Assembly: GCF_035084215.1 (NCBI RefSeq)
Contig: NC_090358.1
Location: 5,704,001 to 5,768,000, forward strand
Direction: 5' to 3'
Source of the DNA: Heptranchias perlo
Lineage: Eukaryota
Length of the DNA: 64,000 nt
A program made the position numbers and the translations under genes. The notes beneath the pieces were generated by a model. The model was given only the letters and a program-made list of their open reading frames with translations, had not been told where the DNA came from and ran no database searches. How positions within the stretch are numbered: the stretch's first letter is position 1; the number at the start of each line of letters is the position of its first letter. This document shows positions 48,191 to 60,869 of this stretch, piece after piece.

Positions 48191-50349
48191 ACTTGACTTC
48201 GAAAATGTTAATATTTTTTGCGGGGGGGGGGGGGGTGGGGGGCTCCTGATTGTTCGAGAAATGGAAAAGCCAAGAGGGAGGCCCAATACCCCTAGTGCAG
48301 GACGCCACCGAGGCTGGGGAAAGTAGGATAGAAGAGTGCAATTAGGTGGATGAGTTAGGTGAGGCCAAACTTTGGGCGTTTTTAAAGGCTATGGGCAGTA
48401 GGCAGAAGGGGCAGAGCGAGGGAGGTGAGGGGGTCCAGGGAACTCCGAGGAAAATGAGTTAGGTTTGAGATTGTGCGAAGAGACTTGGTGGTAACACAAC
48501 GGGATGAAGGCGGATTATTTGGAGGTTTCAGATATTGGCCATCAATCAAAGTAACATTTTACAATGTACATTTGCCACTTTTCCCAGGGTGGAACACTCG
48601 CGATCTCTACATTTCCTTTTGCACAGACTTGTCACTCATCCCCCTTTCTATGCTTTCTCTTGCAGTCACTTGAGGCTGGGATTTAGAGTATTAAACATTA
48701 TAAGCGCAGTGCGGATTTACAATTAGCCTGGCCAAAAAAAAATTAAAAATCTAGCCTATTTTGAACGGCTTTGATTGGGGAGTAAATAATGATGACAACA
48801 ATGATTCGGGTTACTGTGGGCACGATGTGGTATCACTGTAGCATGTGTGTTCATGAAAGTTTTCTCTATTAGGTGTTTTTTTTAAACAAATGGTAAACGA
48901 ACAGCGTTAACAATTTCGTTACCAACACCCAAGGGAGCAAACCTTCGCTAAAGCGTTTGTGACATAGCGACCAACCTGCTCAGTGCGGAATCTTTTTTTA
49001 AAGTCAAATTTTCAGCAACAAAGTGTACCAGACATAACATAAGGGAACAATTCAACTAGTGTGGGACCAAGAGAAATTGCAATTAATAACAAAGAGTAAC
49101 TCCCTCTCGCATTTACACAAACCCAAATTTGGGAGTTAGGGTTATGAAAGGAGGAGTCATCCCACAGATTAAACCCTTGCCCGATAGGGGAAAGGGTCCA
49201 GTGTTTCAAACACCATTACTACAAACATACTTTAAACCCCTGCAATTGTAATTCTAATTTTTTTTGAGGGGGTCCGGCAAGAATAGATTGTGAGTTCCGG
49301 GAGATAACAGGATCAGGGAATCTGTGTAACTAATGGTTTCTGTTTATGAAAAAATATAGTCTCACTTGTTACAGGGTAAGGTTAAGTAATATCCTTTTGT
49401 GTGTAACTAGTTATCAGTGTTATGGATACCGCCAAATCATTAGTCGTCCTTAAATAACTAAAATCATCCGGGGATATTTTAGGGACAGAAGGGGGGAAAT
49501 AAAGGTATTTAAGCTAAAAGCCTCAGTTATTAAATTCATTTTTAAAAACATGCACTGAATATTTTACTCTTTTTTGTTTTTTTGATCCTTGCTGAATATT
49601 AGCTGGGGTTTGTATTTTACAGGTCATTGGGGTCAAATACTTTCCAAACGAACATCAAATAATCTGCATCGAAAACAGAATAGAAAATAACAAGAAGATC
49701 GAAAGGAAAGTGGAGTCAAACCGACGACTTCACTTCAAGTTCTTGTTTTCTGTTTGTGGGAGATTCCGGAGAAATAAAAAATGAAATCTCATCGACAGTT
49801 TTGAAACAAAACAAGGAACCTGTAGAGCAATTTCAAGCCCTGGTGTGTGGCAGAGCGGGTTGGCCATAATTTTCAGGTGTTTCATTTAGTAAAAAAAATC
49901 TATGAAAGTATGGCAGTCATTTCCAAATACAGACCGGGTCCGTTTTATCCCATAGATTCACCCCCCTAAATAAACTTTCAAGGTGCAGAGTTGATGTAAA
50001 TATTATCAAAGCACAGAGGACTGTTGGAACGGAGGATTTTCAATCCAGACTGTTAGTCGTTTTTTTTTTGGCTTGTTTCCTGTTTTTTGTATCGATTCAG
50101 AAACATTAAAGCTTTGCAAGTTTCATGCATTTTGTCACCGAAACGAGTGAACACAATTTACTATTTCCCTCGTTCTTGTTTTGGTAACACTTCTGAGCTC
50201 CTTGTGTCCTGAACCACGCTCAATGGTCCAGAACTGGGACTTTCCCATGTTGACCCTGTAAACTGAGCATAACTTCAGTGTTTGGAGAATTACAGACAGT
50301 GTTTGCAGTTTCCACACACTTGGTCACTGGGATTCCAAAGCTAACGGAC

Positions 50350-50600
50350 GCCCTTTCTGCCTGGTTCAATTGGAAGTAAAAGATCCCAAGGCACTATTGG
50401 AAAAAGAGCAGGGAGTCCTCCCAGTCTCCTGACCAACATTCCTCCCTCAACCAACACCACCATTGGTTGTGTGTGGGACCTTGCTGTGCACAAATTGGCT
50501 GCCTACAAAGCAGTGACTGTACTTCATATGTAGTCCATTGGTTGTGAAGCATTTTGAGATGTCTTGAGAATGTGAAAGGTGCTATATAAATGCAAGTTGT
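50350..50600 (+). mobile_element. Deu-domain SINE
   Basis: aaagatcccaaggcactat...gctatataaatgcaag. Confidence 0.75.
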
Positions 50601-51039
50601 TCAGTTCTTAGAGAAACAAACCAGGAGAATTTGCATTACAAACTCTTAACTCTAGAAATGATGCCGTGTGATTTCAGCTAACTAATTAACACATCAAAAT
50701 GTCAAAAAAGTATTTTAAACAGTAAGTCAGTCATTCAATGCTGGATTCTTCTGACCTGCAGCTGGAAACTTACGTGCATCTGCAAATTACCTCACCATCA
50801 GCAATTGACTCCATGATGGGCCTATTTCTAGCAATTTAGACTTTGTGACCTTAAGGGCACAAACTAAATTAAAGTCAGCTCAACCTTAGCAGCAGAATAA
50901 TATGCCTTGCATTATATGCTATGACATTCCTCTCATTATAAAATGGTGTATCATCTGGCTCGTGAGCAATGCCACAGGAGCTCCACTAGTAAATCAAATA
51001 ATACTTTGAAAACAGGGACATAGAAAAGCAACATAAAGT

Positions 51040-51350
51040 CAAGGGGAGTTCAAAACTAGGGGTCATAAATATAAGATAGTCACTAATAAATCCAATAAGG
51101 AATTCAGGAGAAACTTCTTTACAGAGAGTGGTTAGAATGCAGACCTTGCTCTCACATGGAGTAGTTGAGGAGAATAGCATAGATGCATTTAAGGCAAAGA
51201 ACTAAAGAAAAAATAATTACATGAGGGAGAAAGGAATAGAAGGATATGCTGATAGGGTTAGATGAAATAAAGTGGGAGGAGGCTCGTATGGAGCATAAAC
51301 ACCTGCACAGACCAGTTGGGCCAAATGGCCTGTTTCTATGCTGTAATTTT
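51040..51350 (+). mobile_element. CR1 3' fragment; same subfamily as 3856-4163 and 57400-57700
   Basis: aaaactagggggtcataaatataagatagtcactaataaatccaataagg. Confidence 0.85.
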
Positions 51351-51719
51351 GATGTAATTCTACGTAATTAATTACGTCGATACATTTGGTATTTAAATTA
51401 ACCCATTTATAATCAACTAGTTAGTGGTGATATGGCCAAGCAGTCTAAGGCATCAGATCCAGCTCCCTGCCTCTTTGAGGTCATGCATTTGAATGCCAAC
51501 AAGCAGACAACTTTCAGTAACTTTCACAAAAAAAGTGTTAAGCGTTTTCACACAATGTAATTCCTAGGCTACAATCACCTGCTAACTGCAACTGCCCTTT
51601 TCTGACCTGTATTTACATTGAGCCCCTAACCCTACACAAAGGTATAGTACTGACTGGTGGTTGATAGATAATCAAATTAACTAATTAGCACATCTGCTTG
51701 GTTAGAGAAAAGTTGTTAT

Positions 51720-52030
51720 TTTTTTGTTCTAATTTACCCCCTCCTCTCCTGAAGGTACTGACCCCCTGCTGGGATAGTTTAATGAATGTTTGTAACTACC
51801 GGTACCTTGCTGTGGTTTGTGATCCCAGTCAATGATGTCATAGGCCTATTTGACCATGGGCAGCACCACAGACGAGCTCGACCATCATCCCCACACACAC
51901 ACACTTTTCAGCAGGGTGTCTTTGGACTGAATCCTTGATTAACTTTTCCCCCCGATATGCTCAGGGCACTCAGCGCAGCTGTGGTGTCCTGAACTGCCGC
52001 CTCGACTAAGATCAGCTAATTCAGCACAGA
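51720..52030 (-). mobile_element. SINE family A copy
   Basis: ctaagatcagctaattcagcacaga core. Confidence 0.55.
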
Positions 52031-52769
52031 CTGGTGGAGTTCATCGTTTTAGCAGCAAGATTAACTAGCAGAGAATAATAAAATAATTATTTGCATTTAT
52101 ATGGAGTGTCAGCACGTTGTATCATCTTAAAGCACCTCACATAATGAGTTTCTGGAGGCATAATGACTGCGGTTATGTAGGTGAATGCCATTCTATGGAA
52201 AGTATGGTGTGCAATATCAACAATAACCTTAGGTGGTGAGATTATTCTGATAAATAAATGGGAGAAGCAAAAGAAATTTAGTCATCAACTGTGACTGATG
52301 TCAGGAAACATTTCACACAAACAGTGATTCATACCTGGAATGGACTTCCTGCTGGAAAAGTAGAGACACAAACTCAGGAGGCAGTTAGATGCTGTGATGG
52401 GGTTGGGTATGTTGTTGGTTTCTATGGTGGGATGAGCTAGATTGGTTGGACGGCATCCCTCACCTGTACTCATCTTTGCGACCTTTGTGAACTAAAACAT
52501 ACGGTTTGCAAGGATATGGGAAGCTTCAAATAAAGCTTCGGAAGACTTCTCTGGCCTTAAAGAGGGTGCCATTTTCATGAAAAATTATTGAGCAAGTTTG
52601 GGGAGGCAGGTGAATCAAACATTGTGAGGATTTTCTCACCATGATGTGTTCAAGAAACCGTCATCATGCATTTATAAACATTTCAAAAAATGTTTGGCAA
52701 ACACTTTTAAATGAGACAGTGCCTTTAACTTTTTTGGTGGGTGGGGGCTTTGAGGCGATTTGAAGAGAA

Positions 52770-53045
52770 TGATGTGCATCCCCCATTCCCTTCGCCCCAC
52801 CATTGGCGACTGTGCTTTCAGCCGCCTAAGCCCTAAGCTCTGGAATTCCCTTCCTAAAGCTCTCCGCCTCTCTACCTCTCTCCCCTCCTTTACCAACGCT
52901 CCTTAAAACCTACCTTTTTAAACAAGCTTTTGGTCACCTGTCTCCTTCTTTGGCTCAGTGTCAGTTTTTGTCTGATTACTCTTCTGTGAAGCGCCTTGGA
53001 ACGTTTTACCATGTTAGAAGGCGCTATATAAATGCAAGTTATTCT
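52770..53045 (+). mobile_element. L2-type LINE 3' end
   Basis: IGDCAFSRLSPKLWNSLPKALRLSTSLPSFTNAP-like C-terminus plus gcgctatataaatgcaag tail. Confidence 0.8.
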
Positions 53046-53369
53046 GGTTGATGTACAGTGGCTGACTAGCCCCAACTGGAAATTCATTTTAAAGAGAGCA
53101 GAAAATCAGTACTCAGTTAGGCACCTATTCTAGGAACCTTCTGCATACTAGAGGGGATAATTACTATTGTACACCTTTGAGTGTGATGCAGAGCCAGCAG
53201 ACTCCAATTATATTTTTATAATGTTATTTTTAAAAATTTTCTTAATTTAATGTTCAATTTTTTATGATGGAAGAAAGCAGTGGGAGGTCTGTACTCTCCT
53301 AGCATCAAAAACATTCAAAAATCAGCTTTAAAAAATCCAGCAGAAGGACTCAATACTTGCAGGGGAAGA

Positions 53370-53620
53370 GAGTACGGTAGGCTAATAGTCGTGGCCCAGT
53401 AACCTATGGTTCACAGGTTCAAATCCCACCATGGCAAGTTTTCAAAAATGAATTCAATAAATCTGATCATTTTGGATTGTTATAAAAATCCAATTAATTT
53501 ATTCATGCTACCTAAAGCTAGTCTGGCCTACATGTGACTCCAGTCCCACGCTATGTGGCTGTCCCTTAATTAGGGATGGTCAATAGACAGTAGCTTGTCT
53601 GTGTTGCCTACGTCCCTAGA
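53370..53620 (+). mobile_element. SINE family B copy
   Basis: B-box ggttcaaatccc; similarity to the 11790 copy. Confidence 0.6.
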
Positions 53621-54504
53621 ACAGGAGGGTGAGGGAATGGGAGAAAATTGGAAACAGAAAATAGCTGCTAGTATGTTCACATGGGAACTTTTTAAACTTG
53701 GCTTTGCGTTGAGTTGGTGCAGGTAACTTGGCTTCAGCGTTCTTGGAGGTCAGATGGCTGACCTGACTCTTGATTCAAACCCTTGCCTCCATGTTGATTT
53801 TCACCCAAAACCATTTCATGTCAGCGCGACGTGGCCTAACAGCTAGGTTAGAGGACTGTACACAGTTTTTGAAATACTTGCCAGCAATGGCAATACTAAA
53901 GCAGGCAGAAGGCAGGTTGGTTTAGATATTTGTTAGGCAAGGGCATTAAGGGTTATGGAACCAAGTTAAGTTACGGATCAACCATGATCTAATTGAATGG
54001 CGTAACAGGCTCCAGGGGCTGAATGGCCTCCTCCTGATCCTACGTTCCTAGTCTGTGCTGAATAGCAAGCCCCTCAGAAGGAGACACCTGCAGTAGGTGA
54101 CAGAGAAGAGCATAGCATATAGAAAGAGAATAAGATGAACGGTTAATTGAAATAGACAAGCAGCTAACTGGAGTAATTTTGTGGATTCTGAAAGCGATGG
54201 TGTGTTTGTGAGTGTGGCTGAGAAGGTTACAATGTGCTGTCTGATAAAGGGGGTGATTGGTGATTACACTGTCACTGTTGTGTTGACAGACAATCAGGAA
54301 TATTGACTCCCAGTGAATGAAACGAGCTCCAGCAGGCAGCCTCACCCCTTGCTCTGTGTATGGGCTGACGTCTAACTCCAGTGTGTTCGGTTGTAGGATG
54401 GCAGGTCACAGCTAATTGTGTTTTAAAAAAATGTTTGCTGTTCCATGATATTCAGAAAGTTTGTAAAGGTTTTTATTAAGTTTTCCACAAAATTAAACAA
54501 CTAT

Positions 54505-54612
54505 TTTCCTACATTACAATAATGACTACACTTCAAAAGTACTTCATTGGCTGGAAAGTGCTTTGGGACATCCTGAGATTGTGAAAGGTGCTACATAAAT
54601 GCAAGTCTTTAC
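54505..54612 (+). mobile_element. Deu-domain SINE tail
   Basis: Similarity to the 13955 copy. Confidence 0.7.
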
Positions 54613-55371
54613 TTTTTTTTATTTTATGCTGTGTTGTGGGATGCGAGGGTACATCACACTGAGTCAATGATAGACACACATCCCAGCAAGCCAGTCGCCG
54701 CTCTCTGAATGCAAAACAGTGCACCGGATTGGAGGGAAAGTATAACTCCAGTCTGCTGTAAACCCAAACACAAATCTCTTTCACATCTCTTCACTTCAAG
54801 CAGATTGAACATAAGAAATAGGAGCAGGAGTAGGCCATTCGGCCCCTCGAGCCTGCTCCGCCATTCAATAAGATCATGGCTGATCTTCGGTTTAAGTAGC
54901 AGACACTCGTGCAAATCGTGACTTTGTTACAACTCAAACCCCCTCGTGTTTACATGAAGTAGGTTCTGGCTTCACGTTTGGTGTGAAATGTGTTGATGTA
55001 ACTGTGGCGTAAACTCACTCACATCGAACTTAGGTAAGTGACAGGAGACCCTGTACTGCCTCGCAGTCCACCGGCGGGTATGAATTGTACCTGCGACCCG
55101 GTGCGGAGGGAACTTTGAAAAATTGGGCTGCCCGACACTTTTCAAATGTTGTCCAAGAGTTGACCGACCCTCTTTGCTTCCCTTAACATTGAATTGGTTG
55201 TTGGGACACCAGCGAGCGGCAGCTGGCCAAAGACCAGCGCAGAGCTGGCGGTGTAACGGCGCTGTTACACCTACTCCTGGGTTTGCTGTTTGAGTGAGTT
55301 TTATGCGCCGTTTCCAAGGTGCCTGTACTGCCCTGCGCTTCCATCCTCTTATACTGGGACCGGGCAGAGTC

Positions 55372-55462
55372 TGATTTGGATAAAAGGTTATAGACCTGAA
55401 ATGTTTTAACCCTATGTTTCCCTCTCTCCACAGATGCTGAGTGCTGGCAGCATTTTCTGCCT
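55372..55462 (+). mobile_element. Penelope-like terminal fragment, degenerate
   Basis: ggataaaaggttatagacctgaaatgtt...tctctccacagatgctg...cagcattttctg. Confidence 0.55.
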
Positions 55463-56099
55463 TTACCTTGAATACCATGGTGGGGTATCAAGAGAGAGAG
55501 AGGAGAGACAGGACAACACAAAGGGGTCGATTCCTCTTCTATTACAAAAGTGTCTTCACGAGTTTTTGTTTTTAAATAAATTGGATCAAACGCAACTCGT
55601 GTCACAACGCAGTCTGACACTGAACCAGCTGAAAGCCTTTGTATGAGGCAGGAACACAGGTGGGGAAGAGTGGGGCTCTGCCGCCACCACCTGAGCAGAG
55701 GCTGCTAAGTTTATATTCCGCCTCCTGCCAAGAACTGTAGGAGGGCCAGGGGTCGGAGATTGACAGCACTGGGGGGAATGTACGAGTGTGTAACTCCAGT
55801 CCGCTGACCGCATCACTCTCAGTAAGACACTGGCCTCAAACTGATATCTGCAGTGTAATTATGTCCCTGCACATCAAAAGGGCAGGCAGAATGGTTAGAT
55901 ACAGAGGATGCATGCAGGGAAACGACTTTATATCCAAGTGGGCTGACCTGAAAATTCATTAATGGGATCTATGGTGGTTTAGTGGTTATGTTACTGGACT
56001 GTGTCATCCAGAGACAGGTGAGATCAATATTTGAATTCAGTTTTTTTAAAAACCTGGAAATTAAAAGCTGGTATCAGTAAAAGTGACTATGAACATAGC

Positions 56100-56460
56100 G
56101 TCAAAATGATGACAGGTTTAGATGAAGTAAATAAAGAGAAATTGTTCCCATTGAAGGAAGGGTCGCGAACCAGAGGACACAGATTTAAGGTGATTGGCAA
56201 AAGAACCAAAGGAAAAACTTTTTTACTCAGCGAGTAGTTATGATCTGGACTGCGCGGCCTGAAAGGGTGGTGGAGGCAGATTCAATCGTGGCTTTCAAAA
56301 AGGAATTGGATAAATATTTGAAGAGAAAAAATTTGCGGGGCTACGGGGAAAGAGCAGGGGAATGGGACTAACTGGATTGCTCTTACAAAGAGCTGGCACA
56401 GGCTCGATGGGCCGAATGGCCTTCTTCTGTGCTGTAACAATTCTATGATTCGATGATTCT
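56100..56460 (+). mobile_element. CR1 3' fragment
   Basis: MTGLDEVNKEKLFPLKEGSRTRGHRFKVIGKR; ttctatgattc tail. Confidence 0.85.
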
Positions 56461-56820
56461 ATAAGAACGTAAGAAATAGGAGCAGGAGTAGGCCATACGG
56501 CCCCTCGAGCCTGCTCCACCATTCGATAAGATCATGGCTGATCTTCCACCTCAACTCCACTTTCCTGTCTGATCCCCATATCCCTTCATTCTCCTAGAGT
56601 CCAAAAATCTATCGATCTCAGCCTTGAATGTACTCAATGACTCCTCTGGGGTAGAGAATTCCAAGGATTCACAACCCTCTGAGTGAAGAAATTCCCCCTC
56701 ATCTCAGTCTTAAATGGCTGACCCCTTATCCTGAGACTAAGCCCCCTAGTTCTAGACTCTCCAGCCAGAGGAAACACCCTCTCAGCATCTACCCTGTCAA
56801 GCCCCCTCAAAATCTTATAT
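56461..56820 (-). mobile_element. CR1 3' fragment, tail-to-tail with the previous copy
   Basis: ataagaacgtaagaaataggagcaggagtaggcc; same subfamily as 16446-17404. Confidence 0.85.
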
Positions 56821-57399
56821 GAAGTGACTCTCCTAGAAACCCAACTGGTTCACTAATGTCCTTTAGGGAAGAAAACCTGCCGTCCTTACCCAGTCTGGGC
56901 TTATGTGTGACTCTAGTCCCACACCAACATGGTTGACTCTTAACTGCCCTCTGAAGTGGCCTAGCAAGCCACTTGGTTGTATCAAAACCGGTTCAAGGAA
57001 AAGGTTCACCACCACATTCTCAGGGCAACTAGGGTTGGGCAATAAATGCCAGCCTTGCTAGCGACGCCCACGTATATCACTGTACCTCACATGTATTCTG
57101 TATGTTCCAAACATTAAGACATTGAAATAATAAAAGTTAGACATGAATAGGTTAACTGTTGTACAAAGTACATTGTTGCAGAAATTACCAACTGTGGATC
57201 TCTCACACATGGCCGTCTATTCTCAGCTACAGCGTCATCATGAAATAAGAAGAAAGTAATTAACGGAGGTGAGGATATTATGGTCTGTAATGACACTGTG
57301 AGCGCTTATCATGTTCTCTGAACTTCCTGTTTGAGGCTTTAGCAGGGCTGTTAACCTATTTTAAATACATGGGTTAATACCTCCTCCCCCCCAGTGGCT

Positions 57400-57700
57400 G
57401 ATTACATAGAAATTACGGCACAGAAACAGGCCATTCAGCCCAACTGGTCCATGCCGGTGTTTATGCTCCACGCAAGCCTCTCCCCACCCCCAACCTACTT
57501 CATCTCACCCTATCAGTATATCCTTCTATTCCTTTCTCCCTCATGTACTTATCTAGTTTCCTCTTAAATGCATCTATGTTATTCGCCTCAACTCCTCCAC
57601 ATAGTAGCGAGTTCCACATTCTAACCACTCTCGGGGTAAAGAAGTTTCTCCTGAATAACGTATTGGATTTATTAGTGACTGTCTTATATTTATGATTCTA
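57400..57700 (-). mobile_element. CR1 3' fragment
   Basis: Reverse complement similarity to 51040-51350. Confidence 0.8.
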
Positions 57701-58454
57701 GTTTCTTCTCCCTAGCCCAGGAGTGATGAAGCCAATTGTAGCAATTTCACTGCTGCCCGGGCAGAGATCACTCCCCTCAGCGCAGACCGAGAGCAGAACG
57801 TAGGGTCTTCTGGTCTATACGGCCTAGTATGACATTGGGCTGCTAAAATCTTTAAGTAGTATTCTTCAAATAGGTGCATTTCCTTAACATAACCTGTGAC
57901 CCCTGCACGAGTAGCAGTGATTATGCAATGAAACACAGTGAAGAGAAGTATATTTTTATATGTCTACCTATCATTCCTTTGCTACTTTGTGACAGGAAAT
58001 TAAACATTGGGATCTGGAGTTGATTAAATTGTGATATTTCACAGTATGGCTAAACCATTATCCCCGATTCTGAAACTTCCATGACCCCGAGAGACAGGCA
58101 GCTGGGGCAGCTTAAAAGCTTGGCGAGGTATCATTTTCTTTTTAAAAAAAATAATGTCTTAGCAATTTTTCTTTGCATCGGTCACAAGTTGTGAATAGGA
58201 AGGGCAAGTTTTTTTCTGCCTTGTTGTTTAGGGCCACCTGGACCTGGATTGCGGTTTCCCCAAACTCATTTCACCCAAGACCCTGGAAGCAATCAGAGAG
58301 AAGAGACTTTCATCTCGTCTGTATGGGCTGCAGTGAAACCCAGGTCCCAGAGGTTAAAGGACAACCTCCTTGTGCCAGCTGAGATATTTCAACAAACAGA
58401 TTGATTCTGAGTTGGAGCACAGACCAAAGAGAAACAGGATGTTGATGTAGATGT

Positions 58455-59110
58455 GCCTCTGTCTCTCCCTGGCTGTTTATCTGTGTCTGCTTGTTTCCCT
58501 CTGTCTGTGTGTTTCTGTCTGTATCTCTTTGCCTGTGCCTGTCTCTCTCTCTCTCTGTTTACCTGTGTTTGTCTGTTTCCCTCTGTCTGTTTCTGTCTGT
58601 CTCTCTTTATCGGTCTGACTGTCTCTCTTTGTCTGCCTGCCTGTGTGTTTCCCTTGGTCTGTCTGTTTCCCTCGGTCTGCCTGTTTCCCCCTGTCTGTCT
58701 GTTTCCCTCTGTCCGTCTGTTTCCCTCTGTCCGTCTGTTTCCCTCTGTCCATCTGTTTCCCTCTGTCTGTCTGTTTCCCTCTGTTTATCTGTTTCCCTTG
58801 GTCTGCCTGTTTCCCTTGGTCTGCCTGTTTCCCTTGGTCTGCCTGTTTCCCTTGGTCTGCCTGTTTCCCTTGGTCTGCCTGTTTCCCCCTGTCTGTCTGT
58901 TTCCCTTGGTCTGTCTGTTTCCCTTGGTCTGTCTGTTTCCTTCTGTCTGTCTGTTTCCCTTGGTCTGCCTGTTTCCCCCTGTCTGTCTGTTTCCCTCTGT
59001 CTGTCTGTTTCCCTCTGTCCGTCTGTTTCCCCCTGTCTGTCTGTTTCCCCCTGTCTGTCTGTTTCCCCCTGCCTGTCTGTTTCCCTCTGTCTGTCTGTTT
59101 CCCTCTGTCT
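58455..59110. repeat. 18-bp minisatellite (ctgtttccc(t/c)(c/t)(t/g)gtctg(t/c)), about 26 units, preceded by degenerate (TCTG)n
   Basis: Visible periodicity; produces spurious repetitive ORFs. Confidence 0.95.
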
Positions 59111-59517
59111 CTTTCCTCTTTCTCAAGGACTCCATCAACAGCATTTAGAAAATCAAACATTACAGAGTTTAACAGAGTGAAAAGTGAGCAGATTGGCATT
59201 CTGAAGCATCAGGAAAAACTGCAAAATTGAAAGGACCAGAACTCAGCAATAAGGCAATTCAGTGCATGGGTCGGGAATAGCTGGTAGCCAGAAGGATCCC
59301 ATGGAAACTGAACAGACACTCTCATCTCAAATAAGCTAATCTTGTGACTGAGTGGAATTCTGCTTCAACGCAGGACAAGATTGGATGCACTGAATATAAT
59401 ATTTAACAAGATTTGCTGCAGGCATTGAGCATTCTCTGCCAGTGCCACTCTGCCATTGCCTAACAAGTGGGACAGGATCGTCCTCACAGATTTATCTCAT
59501 CACAGGAGCAGCGATCA

Positions 59518-60730
59518 GGCACTTTACAACCTTCTGAACTCAACATTGAGTTCAAAAACTTCAGATCATAAACCACCACTCCCATCTGTGCTGCCATTTA
59601 CACCTCCTCTAGACCCATCTTTTGTTTCTTTACTTGTCCCATTATAGGAACATAGGAACAGGAGTAGGCCATTCAGCCCCTTGTGCCTGCTCCGCCATTT
59701 GATAAGATCATGGCTGATCTGTGACCTAACTCCATATACCTGCCTTTGGCCCATTTCCCTTAATACCTTTGATTGCCAAAAAGCTATCTATCTCAGATTT
59801 AAATTTAGCAATTGAGCTAGTATCAATTGCCGTTTGCGGAAGAGAGTTCCAAACTTCTATCACCCTTTGTGTGTAGAAATGTTTTCTAATCTCGCTCCTG
59901 AAAGGTCTGGCTCTAATTTTTAGACTGTTCCCCCTACTCCTAGAATCCCCAACCAGCGGAAATAGTTTCTCTCTATCCACCCTATCCGTTCCACTTAATA
60001 TCTTATAAACTGCGATCAGCTCACCCCCTAACCTTCGTAACTCCAGAGAATACAACCCCAATTTGTGTAATCTCTCCTCGTAACTTAACCCTTGAAGTCC
60101 GGGTATCATTCTAGTAAACCTACGCTGCACTCCCTCCAAGGCCAATATGTCCTTCCGAATGTGCGGTGCCCAGAACTGCTCACAGTACTCCAGGTGCGGT
60201 CTAACCAGGGTTTTGTATAGCTGCAGCATAACTTCTGCCCCCTTGTACTCTAGTCCTCTAGATATAAAGGCCAGCATTCCATTAGCCTTATTGATTATTT
60301 TCTGCACCTGTTCATGACACTTCAATGATCTATGAACCTGTACCCCTAAGTCCCTTTGGACATCCACTGTTTTTAACTTTTTACCATTTAGAAAGTACCA
60401 TGTTCTATCCTTTTTTGATCCAAAGTGGATGACCTCACATTTGCCGACATTGAATCCCATTTGCCACAGTTTTTATCGCCTCCTTTTGCCTTGCACCATC
60501 TTCCCTTTTGTCATTTAATGAGTCCTACCCACCACCCCATCACCCTGTTCTTTCCTATCCTCTTCCCCCTCCCCCTTTCCCCTGACTTTGTACTTGCTTA
60601 TAAACTGTTGAATCTCTAACTTCTTCCAGTTCCGACGAAAGCTCATCGCCCTGAAACGTTAACTCTGTTTCTCTCTCCCCAGATGCTGCCCGACCTGTTG
60701 AGTGTTTCCAGCATATTTTGGTTTTATTTT
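59518..60730 (+). mobile_element. Penelope-like element 3' end (GIY-YIG C-terminus plus terminal repeat with hammerhead-like motif), split by a CR1
   Basis: 59518-59571 encodes GTLQPSELNIEFKNFRS* (PLE TL.P.GLN motif); the 3' region resumes after about 60472 and ends ...gaaacgttaactctgtttctctctccccagatgctgcccgacctg. Confidence 0.75.
59644..60472 (-). mobile_element. Young 5'-truncated CR1 LINE with an uninterrupted 244-aa ORF2 C-terminal frame
   Basis: FNVGKCEVIHFG...RDLGVQVHRSLK...LVRPHLEYCEQFWAP...FYTQRVIEVWNSLP; gttcctatgttcctat tail. Confidence 0.95.
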
Positions 60731-60869
60731 ACGGTTGTGAACTGCTCCATCTAGTGGGCCACCTCAGAACTGACCAAACTGCTGCAAATCTTTTTACTGA
60801 AACCTTATCTGTCGGGAGCCAAGACCCATAGTGCAGGACACCAGGAGCAGGCTTAGGCCGCATGCGATA

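Larger units (their letters stand above)
55965..57070 (+). mobile_element. SINE family B copy interrupted by two CR1 fragments
   Basis: Head tagtggttatgttactggact; body resumes at about 56820 with cccaactggttcactaatgtcc. Confidence 0.65.

Noticed and set aside
58453-59230. ORFs of 119-240 aa on both strands (VCLFPS / GKQTDR repeats)
   Set aside because: Artefact of the 18-bp minisatellite
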